This document shows positions 8,923 to 16,871 of a stretch of DNA of 64,000 nucleotides, in pieces. A model generated the notes under the pieces. It worked only from the letters and a program-made list of their open reading frames with translations, made no database searches and was not told the DNA's origin. Location: assembly GCA_041650255.1 (NCBI GenBank), contig JBAZLL010000001.1, forward strand, positions 100,531-164,530, written 5' to 3'. Numbering within the stretch: position 1 is the first letter of the stretch; each line of letters starts with the position of its first letter. This DNA is from Candidatus Micrarchaeia archaeon. Its GTDB lineage: Archaea; Micrarchaeota; Micrarchaeia; Anstonellales; Anstonellaceae. The translations under genes were made by a program, and so were the position numbers.

Positions 8923-9098
8923 CGCCGAGGGGGAGATTGCCAACCGCAGTTGGCAAGATTTGGTGCGAAGCACCAAACCCCTGAAGGCGTGAGTAAAACG
9001 AGCGCCGAGGGGGAGATTGCCAACCGCAGTTGGCAAGATTTGGTGCGAAGCACCAAACCCCTGAAGGCGTGAGTAAAACGAGCGCCGAGGGGGAGATT
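8923..9098. repeat. exact 80-bp tandem repeat (2.2 copies) whose unit begins with the last 16 nt of tRNA-Ser
   Basis: cgccgagggggagatt starts at 8923, 9003 and 9083. The intervening 64 nt are identical in both units. Each unit holds two perfect 8-bp hairpins. Confidence 0.9.
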
Positions 9099-9169
9099 TG
9101 AACTCCCGAAGGGATTTCTCCCAAACAGGTTAGCAACCTGCCGCAATAACCAGGCTATGCGACCCCAGC
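9083..9169 (-). tRNA. tRNA-Ser(GCU), type II with long variable arm
   Basis: Hand fold: GCTGGGG/CCTCGGC acceptor (two G-U pairs), D stem GCA/TGC, anticodon stem GCAGG/CCTGT, loop TTGCTAA, variable arm GGGA-GAAA-TCCC, T arm GGGAG-TTCAAAT-CTCCC, discriminator G. Confidence 0.85.
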
Positions 9170-9173
9170 AAGA

Positions 9174-9200
9174 CCCTTTTCTTTTAGGAAAAGAAAAGGG
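9174..9200. repeat. perfect polypyrimidine/polypurine palindrome CCCTTTTCTTTT-AGG-AAAAGAAAAGGG
   Basis: 12-bp stem, 4 nt upstream of the tRNA-Ser 5' end. A near-identical copy lies at 32335-32365. Confidence 0.85.
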
Positions 9201-9276
9201 TTCTATCCTAAAAGAAAAAGAAACTTATCTATTTAGCCTCTTTATCCTTTTAAATTAAATCAGCCGAATATCCTCA

Positions 9277-10833
9277 ATGAAAAACCTTCCCTGGTGGCTA
9301 AAGCTCGAGCTTCTTTGCGCCATCTTGCTTCTCATTCCAATATGGCATTTTGCATATCTTCCCCTAAACGATTTGCCAAACCATCTTGCAAGCGTTCATC
9401 TGCTTTTGCAATATTATTCCGCCCAACCAACCTATATTGAGCCAAACCAAAACTTTTTCACCGGCAATTCATCCGCCTTTATCTTTTTGCAAATATTCGG
9501 GCAAGCATTCGGGCTAACCACCGCCGCAAGAATATTGCTTAGCATAATAATTTTACTAATGCCCCTTTCCCTTTCATGGTTTTTCTTCTCAATTGACAAG
9601 CGCCTTGCCCCGATGGGCATTGTGGGATGCGCAATAACCTATAATTGGTTTTTTGTAATGGGCTTTTTGAATTTTATTCTGAGTATCCCACTGTTTTTCT
9701 TTGCCGCAGGCACATGGCTCTTTATCCGGGAAAAGAAAGCGAGCGCAATAGAGCTTGCAACTTTTGCAATTCTCTCCCTCCTTCTTTTATTTACTCATCT
9801 ATTCGGAGCCGCCGCGCTTTGCACTCTCATGGTTTCAAAAATTGCATTTGATTTTTTTGCATCTGGCGCAAAGTTTTCAGATCCAAAGAAAATTCAAACC
9901 GCAGATTTATTCGCAATCCCGCTTGCACTAATATGCCTCGCATTTGCATTCATATATCTTTCCGGCGGCGGGCAAAGCAGCATAATCTGGTCATCTGCTC
10001 AAGACATCGCCTATCTTTTTGTGTTATATCCGCTTTCTCTTCTGCTTTATTTGTGCATAATCGTTCTTGCAATTTATGCATTTTTAGACAGAAAATCATT
10101 CGAAATTACTAATTGCAAAACAGCGCTCTTTTGGGCATCGGAGGGCATTCTCTTCTGCATTTTTGCAATAATTTTTCCTCTAAGCACCCAAAGCTGGCAA
10201 TTTATTTCCGTGCGCTTCTGGCCTTTTGCATTGATATTTTTCTTGACAGCATTTTTTTCATTAATTTGTGGTTCCAAACGATTTGTGAAAGAGGTGTTTG
10301 TCGCATTTTTCGTATTCTCCCTTATCGCGGGCGCATCGGTATTCTTTGGATGGGAAAGCATGCAAACTCAAATAGCGGATATTGTAAATGCAGGAAATAA
10401 TTTCCAAAGCAATTCGTCCGTATTTGCATTCGGGCGGGGATTTGCAAAGCTTGCACCAATCGGTCCGCCGAGTTCATTGCTTCATACCCCCGGCTATTGG
10501 GTGATTGAAAAAGATATTTACTATCCATATCTTTTCTCCGGAGATTACAGCCCTATAGAGTACAAAAATTCAAGCGAGCATGGAAAAGAGCAAATGTCCG
10601 TTCTGCTTGATGATTTGGCGTATGCAGTATTTTCAAAAGAAGCAGGCGAGAGCGAATGTGTTGCCTGGAAACAATACTACCAAAAAATAAATTGGACCAT
10701 TTTGTGTGCAGAATATGATTATCTCGCTTTCAGAGAGAGCAATTGCGAAGACGAGCTAACTTTTTCGTCTTGTTTTGAGCAAATTGAGGCAAAGCCGCCT
10801 CTTTACATTTACAAAAATATAGAGAAGAATTAG
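9277..10833 (+). CDS. polytopic membrane protein, possibly a GT-C-type glycosyltransferase
   Basis: 518 aa with about 12 predicted TM helices followed by a soluble C-terminal domain. The function is inferred from architecture only. Confidence 0.35.
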   Translation: MKNLPWWLKLELLCAILLLIPIWHFAYLPLNDLPNHLASVHLLLQYYSAQPTYIEPNQNFFTGNSSAFIFLQIFGQAFGLTTAARILLSIIILLMPLSLSWFFFSIDKRLAPMGIVGCAITYNWFFVMGFLNFILSIPLFFFAAGTWLFIREKKASAIELATFAILSLLLLFTHLFGAAALCTLMVSKIAFDFFASGAKFSDPKKIQTADLFAIPLALICLAFAFIYLSGGGQSSIIWSSAQDIAYLFVLYPLSLLLYLCIIVLAIYAFLDRKSFEITNCKTALFWASEGILFCIFAIIFPLSTQSWQFISVRFWPFALIFFLTAFFSLICGSKRFVKEVFVAFFVFSLIAGASVFFGWESMQTQIADIVNAGNNFQSNSSVFAFGRGFAKLAPIGPPSSLLHTPGYWVIEKDIYYPYLFSGDYSPIEYKNSSEHGKEQMSVLLDDLAYAVFSKEAGESECVAWKQYYQKINWTILCAEYDYLAFRESNCEDELTFSSCFEQIEAKPPLYIYKNIEKN

Positions 10834-10935
10834 AAAAATCTGGCAGGAAAATAAAATGCAAACAAACTAATTGCAAAGCCGAACCAAAAAATAAAAATAG
10901 AAAAATTATTTTTGGCAGGAAATACCAAATTGCCA

Positions 10936-11182
10936 AAACGGCCCGCCCCTGCATCTCAGCCCTTTAAGCTCCACCAGGGTACTACAGAGCACGGGACAGT
11001 TTGCTTAGGGCTGCTCCTTCCGGCCTGACCCGATTCACTTGCTGCATCCATCCCTGCAGGCTTGGCTTCGACGCCAAAAGACTGCGCATAAAACGAACTA
11101 TTCAGACGCATTAGCATATTCGGCCGCACCTAAAGGGGGTTTGCGCTTACAAGAGGCCCCTAGCCTCCCAGCCTATCCTGCC
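10936..11182 (-). ncRNA. signal recognition particle (7S) RNA
   Basis: Minus-strand GGGTCAGGCCGGAAGGAGCAGCCC (helix 8 with GGAA tetraloop and AGCA) and an Alu-like 5' end GGCTAGGGGCCTCTTGTAAGCGCAAACCCCC. Ends in GCCGTTTTGG. TATA box upstream. End coordinates are approximate. Confidence 0.75.
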
Positions 11183-11204
11183 GTTAACTATTGTGCATTT
11201 GTTT

Positions 11205-11213
11205 CTTTATATA
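11205..11213 (-). promoter_or_regulatory. TATA box (TATATAAAG) for the SRP RNA
   Basis: Lies about 23-31 nt upstream of the proposed SRP RNA 5' end. Confidence 0.5.
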
Positions 11214-11298
11214 CATATTTTCTGATTCAATAGGTGTGTTTTCATGTATTAGATAGTGTTTTATAATTTCAAATCCACCTCTTTTTTGGTGTGAGGAT

Positions 11299-12273
11299 AT
11301 GGTGGACGCTGAGGGTAATCTTAAGTTTGTAGTTGCAGGAGTTGGCGGTGCCGGGTGCAATAGCATCTCGCGCCTTGCATCAAAGTCTTTTTCTATGGCA
11401 AATCTGGTCGCATTTAATACTGATAAAAAGCAAATAGACACTCTTCCCTCAAGCGTTTCAAAATTGCTTATTGGAAAAAACATTACTCAAGGGCTCGGGG
11501 CAGGCGGTGATCCGCAAATCGGAGAAAAATCCGCACTCTCTTCAAAAAAACAAATTGCCGAAAAGCTAAAGGACTCGGATTTGGTTTTTATCCTCGCCGG
11601 AATGGGCGGTGGAACCGGAACCGGTGCCGCGCCGGTTATTGCCCAAATCGCAAGAGAGCAAGGTGCGCTCGTGCTCGGGTTTGTGTATTATCCTTTCTCG
11701 CTTGAGCGCATAAGGCTCAAAAAAGCGCAAACGGGCATTTCAAAACTCACGGACGAATGCGACTCGCTTGTAGTAATTGAAAACGACCGGCTCACAAAAT
11801 GGGCCGAAAATGTTCCAATAGACGAAGCATTTGCAATGGCGGACGATGTCGCCGCAAAGGCGGTTTATGGCATCAGCAAAACAATACTTGAGCCCTCTTT
11901 AATGAACATAGATTTTGCAGATTTGAAAAATATCACATCCGACAAAGGGCTTTCAATGATTTCCCTTGGAAACGCATCCGGGCCGATGAAAGTACAAGAC
12001 ATTGCGGAAGCGGTGCTTGGAAATCCTCTTCTTGGAGTGGATTATTCACGCGCATCAGGCGCACTAATTCATCTTACAGGCGGCGACGACCTAAAGCTTG
12101 GGGATGCGACCGATGCGGGCGAGCGAATAATGTCTAAATTGCCCGACAATGTAAATGTTTCATGGGGCGCGCGCTTTGACAATATGTACAAAGGCGAAAT
12201 AGAAGCATTTGTAATATTTACCGGAATTCCTTCACAGCTTTTATTGGACCCGGAAAAGTTCAGGGAAATTTAA
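11299..12273 (+). CDS. ftsZ: cell division protein FtsZ
   Basis: GVGGAGCNSISRL, GLGAGGDPQIGEKSA, GMGGGTGTGAAPVIAQIARE, VVIENDRL. Confidence 0.9.
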   Translation: MVDAEGNLKFVVAGVGGAGCNSISRLASKSFSMANLVAFNTDKKQIDTLPSSVSKLLIGKNITQGLGAGGDPQIGEKSALSSKKQIAEKLKDSDLVFILAGMGGGTGTGAAPVIAQIAREQGALVLGFVYYPFSLERIRLKKAQTGISKLTDECDSLVVIENDRLTKWAENVPIDEAFAMADDVAAKAVYGISKTILEPSLMNIDFADLKNITSDKGLSMISLGNASGPMKVQDIAEAVLGNPLLGVDYSRASGALIHLTGGDDLKLGDATDAGERIMSKLPDNVNVSWGARFDNMYKGEIEAFVIFTGIPSQLLLDPEKFREI

Positions 12274-12372
12274 TTTTTTTACAAATTTTTTATTTCTGCC
12301 AAAGGGTGTTCCGATTGGCATCGTTTCTCACGGATACCATCTCTTAAAAATTATGCCATCTACTTTTATTTT

Positions 12373-15066
12373 ATGCAGATGTCTGCCCAGGATTTAAGAA
12401 AAAATGCCCATTCACTTAGTGAGCCGGAGCTAATGCGCATTCTCAAAACTTCTCAAAACGGGCTTGGAATAGAAAATGTTGAAAATGCAAGGACCGCTTA
12501 TGGCTCAAATTTTATATTGCTAAGAAAAGAGGAAGGACCTCTTGATATGATATATCGCCAGTTTAATGCAATCACCTTCATGCTGATATTTGCCGCAATA
12601 GTTGCATTTGTAATCGGGCACACCCTGGATGCAATCGGCATATTGGCGGCTGCATTTCTTTCAATATTTTTCGGATTTGTACAGGAGTACAAAGCGGAAG
12701 AGGCTCTCAAATCCCTTTATGCGCTTAGTGCGCCAAAGGCAACCGTTCTTCGCAATGCAAAGGCGCAAAAAATCGGTGCAAAAGAGCTTGTGTGCGGAGA
12801 TATAATTTTGCTTGAAGAAGGCGACTTGGTGCCTGCCGATTGCAGGTTAATACAAGGCGACTCCCTTTTGGCAGACCAGTCCATTCTCACCGGAGAATCG
12901 CATGCAAGCATAAAACATACTGGCACAATCGCTACCATCACTTCATTGGCGGAGCGCTCAAACATTTTGTACAGTGGCACGCTTATTACGAAAGGCTCCG
13001 GAACCGCACTGGTTTTTGCGGTTGGCAAAAACAGCGAGTTCGGCTCAATCGCAAGCAGATTATCTCAAGTTGAAAATGAGAAAACCCCATTGCAAAAAAA
13101 TCTCGATGAGCTTGGAGATAAAATATCCAAGGCATCCACTCTGCTGGTGTTTCTCTTTTTCATAGCCGGTATGCTCAACAAACAGCCTTTAACCGATATG
13201 CTTCTTGTCTCAATTTCGCTTTTTGTTGCGGCGGTTCCCGAAGGATTGCCAACTGTTCTTGCAATTACTCTTGCAATCGGCGTGAGCCGCATGGCGGCGG
13301 AAAAAGCAATCGTTCGCAGAATGCAATCCGTGGAAACAATGGGCGCGGTAAGCGTTATTTGCACTGACAAAACCGGCACAATAACCGCAAACAAAATGGC
13401 GCTTGTGAAATTCAATTGCGCGGGCACGGAATTTGTTTCTTCCGGCAAAAACGAATTTTTAGGATACGGCAAACAAAATACTCATGCAGAAAAAGCGCTT
13501 GAGCACAGGCTTCTTTCCTACGCATCTCTTTGCAGTAGCGCGTCGGTTATCTTTTCAAAGGACGGGAAAATAGAGCACGCAAAAGGGGATGCGACTGAAG
13601 TTGCAATACTTTCAGCCGCAAATTACACTGGAATAAATTTGCACCGTTTATATTCCGAGCAAAAACTGTTGGCGGAATATGCGTTTGATTATAAAAAGAA
13701 ACGGGCATGCCATGTGCGCCTGCACGGCAAGGAAGCATTCTCTTATATGAAAGGTGCGCCGGAAGTCGTGTTTGCGCACTGCACCCACATTCTTGACCAT
13801 AACGGCGTTCCAAGGAAAATGGACGCAAGCGACAAAGCCCATGTTGAGGGTGTCGTGCACTCTTATGCGTCCGGTGCATTGCGCACTCTGGCGGTTGCTT
13901 ACAAGCCCGTTGCGAAAAAGGAAAACTACCCCCGAGATTATTGCGAGAGTGGGATGATTTTTGCAGGCGTTCTTGGGTTTATCGACCCTCCACGTCCTGA
14001 AGTGAAGGAGGCATTGCGCTTATGCCAAAAGGCAGGCATTCGCGTTGTAATGCTAACCGGCGATTCGCATATTACTGCGGTTGCAATTGCAAAAGAGCTT
14101 GGCTTGCCTTCGGGAGAGGCGGATGTGCTTACCGGAGAGCAAATTGAAAAAATGCATGATAATGAGCTGAGGGAAAAGGTTCGCACGCTCTGTGTTCTTG
14201 CGCGCGCAACTCCCGAACACAAATTCAGAATAATAAGTGCATTGCAACTAAACGGCGAAGTAGTTGCCGTGACCGGAGACGGGGTAAACGACGCGCCTTC
14301 AATCAAGAAAGCGGACATTGGCATTGCAATGGGTATCGGCGGAACCGATGTCGCCCGCGGCGCGGCAGACATGGTGCTCACGGACAATAATTTCGGCACG
14401 CTTGTAAAAGCAATTGAGAAGGGTCGTTCAATATTTGACAATATCGTCTCGTTTGTGCGCTTTCAGCTCACAACAAATGTCGCGGCGCTTTCTTTGATGT
14501 TTATTTCTCCGCTCATGGGTTTGCCATTGCCTCTAAGACCACTGCAAATTCTTTGGATAAACATAATAATGGACGGTCCGCCCGCGCTTGCGCTTGGGAT
14601 GGAGCCTGCGAAAGAAAATGTAATGGAGCGCCCGCCAAGGGACGTCAACGAATCCATTTTGAATAGAAAAATACTATCCACAATTTTCATCTCCGCCGCG
14701 CTGATTTTTTTTGCAACATTATTTGTATATATTTATTATCTGCAATTTTTCCCGCAAAAGGCAGGCACCATCGCCTTCTGTCTTTTCGTATTTTTACAGC
14801 TTGCAAATTCGCTGAATTGCAGGTCTCTAAAGCTTTCTGCATTAAAGGATATTCTCTCAAATAAGCCTCTTGTTGCCGCACTGCTCTTTTCGCTAATCGC
14901 GCAGATTTCAATAATTTACATCCCTTCATTGCAAGAGCTTTTTGCAACCGTTCCGCTTGATATTGCGGACTGGCTGATAGTTTTTGGAATGGCAATCGGG
15001 CTTATGCTTTTGGGAGATGCAAGAAAGAAGATGCCCTTATTGCTTGGGAAAAAAGCACAAACCTAA
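12373..15066 (+). CDS. P-type cation-transporting ATPase (P2 / Ca2+-ATPase-like)
   Basis: 897 aa. TGES, PEGLP, CTDKTGTITANKM, MLTGD, TGDGVNDAPSIKKADIGIAMG, and 10-TM topology. Confidence 0.9.
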   Translation: MQMSAQDLRKNAHSLSEPELMRILKTSQNGLGIENVENARTAYGSNFILLRKEEGPLDMIYRQFNAITFMLIFAAIVAFVIGHTLDAIGILAAAFLSIFFGFVQEYKAEEALKSLYALSAPKATVLRNAKAQKIGAKELVCGDIILLEEGDLVPADCRLIQGDSLLADQSILTGESHASIKHTGTIATITSLAERSNILYSGTLITKGSGTALVFAVGKNSEFGSIASRLSQVENEKTPLQKNLDELGDKISKASTLLVFLFFIAGMLNKQPLTDMLLVSISLFVAAVPEGLPTVLAITLAIGVSRMAAEKAIVRRMQSVETMGAVSVICTDKTGTITANKMALVKFNCAGTEFVSSGKNEFLGYGKQNTHAEKALEHRLLSYASLCSSASVIFSKDGKIEHAKGDATEVAILSAANYTGINLHRLYSEQKLLAEYAFDYKKKRACHVRLHGKEAFSYMKGAPEVVFAHCTHILDHNGVPRKMDASDKAHVEGVVHSYASGALRTLAVAYKPVAKKENYPRDYCESGMIFAGVLGFIDPPRPEVKEALRLCQKAGIRVVMLTGDSHITAVAIAKELGLPSGEADVLTGEQIEKMHDNELREKVRTLCVLARATPEHKFRIISALQLNGEVVAVTGDGVNDAPSIKKADIGIAMGIGGTDVARGAADMVLTDNNFGTLVKAIEKGRSIFDNIVSFVRFQLTTNVAALSLMFISPLMGLPLPLRPLQILWINIIMDGPPALALGMEPAKENVMERPPRDVNESILNRKILSTIFISAALIFFATLFVYIYYLQFFPQKAGTIAFCLFVFLQLANSLNCRSLKLSALKDILSNKPLVAALLFSLIAQISIIYIPSLQELFATVPLDIADWLIVFGMAIGLMLLGDARKKMPLLLGKKAQT

Positions 15067-15107
15067 ACTAACAAGCCTAAACTAAAATCCGACAGGTATT
15101 TATTCTT

Positions 15108-16835
15108 TTATTCAAAATCAGAAAGCCTGTACTGTCCTTTTTTATGTTTTTTGTCTTGGGAAGAATTTTTTGTTTTGTCCGAGCCCTGTTTTTTATCAAC
15201 AGATTCATTTTGTTTTTTATCCTCTGGAGAATTTATTTTTTTATTTTCATCCTGCTTTTTATTTTGGGCCTTTTCATCAGTTTCCTTTTCCTTCAAACTC
15301 TTTTCTTTAGCATGTTTGATTTCTTCATCTTTTAGTTCTCCCGATTCTTTGCCGGTATTTTTATTCGTCCAAACTTTTTGAAATTCCTCCTCTTCGCGCC
15401 CGCTCATTTTCTTTACAATGCGCTTCATCTTCTCTTCCCGTTTTTTTGCAGACCAGAAAAATGCCTGATCGCGCGTGCCTGTTGCAATGAGCCCGAACAT
15501 TCTTCCCAATTTTGCCCTTCCGGCTCTTCCTCTTCTCTGAATGGAGCGTATTTCAGATGGCACCGGTTCGTAAAATACCACATTGTCAACGGATGGAATG
15601 TCAAGTCCTTCCTCTCCAATTGAAGTGGATACCAAAATGTCAAACTCGTTTTTGCGAAAATCTTCAATGGTTTTTGCCTGCTCTTTCTGCGTGAACCCGT
15701 CCTTTTTTCCCATAAATGGCTTTGAGCGCAATCCCTCTTTTTGCATAGCCTCATGGAGCACTTGCACCTGATCGCGGTATTGTGAAAATACAATGAATTT
15801 TTCTCCCGCCGGGCGCTCTTTTATCATTTGCACAAGCCTTGCAATTTTCGGATGCTCCGCGCAACTTTTCAGCTTTTCCTCAATTTCCTTAAAGCGCACA
15901 TCGTTGAGAAGCCTTTGTTGCGCCTTGCTCTCTTCCCTTGCCTTTACTTTTGTGATAAATTTTGTGAGTGCCTCAATCCCCTGCGTTTCCAAAAGCTCAA
16001 GCACGTGAATAAGTGAAAAAAGTGTCGCATGATATGAGAGCGCAGAATATTTGAGCCTTGAATTTGAGCTTAATATCTTCGCCCTCAATTCAGCCATTCC
16101 CTTCTTTGTATTAAAGCGGGTGTAAAAGCCCATTTTCTTCAGCGTTTCAGATTTTTCCAAAATCATTTTTTCAAGGGTTTTTTTAATCTCCATTATTTCC
16201 GGCGTAAGCTTTACTTCAATCCAGGTTATTTCAAGCGGCATTATGTACGGCTTTACATCCTCATCTTCGGCAGTTCTTATCTCCACGTTTTTTATGCATA
16301 GAATTTCGAGCATATCCTCAATTTTTTTCTTTTGCCCGCCCGGAGACGCCGTGAGCCCTAGCACCATTGTGCCTTTTTCTTTTGCGGTCTGTGCAACTTT
16401 TGTATATGCATATTTTCCAACCGCGCGATGCACCTCGTCAAATATCACAAGCGCAAAATCCCATTCAAGCCTTTTTGCCTCCAAGTCGTTTGCGATTGTC
16501 TGCGGGGTGGAAATCAGAATTTTTGGTTTGGTTGCATATACTTGCGGACGTTTGCCCGCGCTGGTAAGTCCGGATACAAATACGATTTTTTCGGGGGGAA
16601 GATTAATCCATTCCCTAATTGTTTTCTCGTGTTGTTCTGCCAACGGTCTTGTCGGTGCAAGAAACAATATATTGCCTTTCTCAAGCATTTTGTCTGCAAC
16701 AATTAGTGCGAGCAATGTTTTTCCCATGCCTGTCGGAAGCACCACAAGCGATGAGCCTTTTTTTAGAACCGACTCTGCGATAGCTGATTGGTAAAGCCTT
16801 GGCGGCGGAGATTTTTCATTAAGATGAGTCGGCAT
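15108..16835 (-). CDS. Hef/FANCM-like superfamily-2 helicase (helicase part only) with K/E-rich tail
   Basis: LYQSAIAESV..VLPTGMGKT..LAPTRPLAEQH..FDEVHRAVGKYAY..GLTASPG..QRRGRAGR. The last ~100 aa are low-complexity K/E/D/Q. No ERCC4 nuclease domain is present. Confidence 0.8.
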   Translation of the reverse strand: MPTHLNEKSPPPRLYQSAIAESVLKKGSSLVVLPTGMGKTLLALIVADKMLEKGNILFLAPTRPLAEQHEKTIREWINLPPEKIVFVSGLTSAGKRPQVYATKPKILISTPQTIANDLEAKRLEWDFALVIFDEVHRAVGKYAYTKVAQTAKEKGTMVLGLTASPGGQKKKIEDMLEILCIKNVEIRTAEDEDVKPYIMPLEITWIEVKLTPEIMEIKKTLEKMILEKSETLKKMGFYTRFNTKKGMAELRAKILSSNSRLKYSALSYHATLFSLIHVLELLETQGIEALTKFITKVKAREESKAQQRLLNDVRFKEIEEKLKSCAEHPKIARLVQMIKERPAGEKFIVFSQYRDQVQVLHEAMQKEGLRSKPFMGKKDGFTQKEQAKTIEDFRKNEFDILVSTSIGEEGLDIPSVDNVVFYEPVPSEIRSIQRRGRAGRAKLGRMFGLIATGTRDQAFFWSAKKREEKMKRIVKKMSGREEEEFQKVWTNKNTGKESGELKDEEIKHAKEKSLKEKETDEKAQNKKQDENKKINSPEDKKQNESVDKKQGSDKTKNSSQDKKHKKGQYRLSDFE

Positions 16836-16871
16836 AGTGTATATATATGCACGAAGTTCCTAATAATTCCT

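Noticed and set aside
8923-9098. Possible miniature CRISPR array (regularly spaced identical 16-mers).
   Set aside because: The 'spacers' are identical to each other, the period is 80 bp with only 2.2 copies, the repeat is the tRNA 3' end, and no cas genes are present.
8738-9146. Three overlapping minus-strand ORFs (132, 69 and 79 aa) with internally repeated peptides (..FTHAFRGLVLRTKSCQLRLAISPSA..).
   Set aside because: They simply translate the 80-bp tandem repeat and the tRNA-Ser gene. The repeated peptide is a consequence of the DNA repeat, so these are not coding regions.
11184-11483. 99-aa minus-strand ORF spanning the ftsZ start and the SRP RNA promoter.
   Set aside because: It overlaps a confidently called ftsZ and the TATA box of the SRP RNA. 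No support as a gene.
12498-14995. Several long minus-strand ORFs (up to 167 aa) inside the P-type ATPase gene.
   Set aside because: The plus-strand product has every P-type ATPase motif. The antisense ORFs are shadow frames with low-complexity, Ser/Ala/Pro-rich translations.
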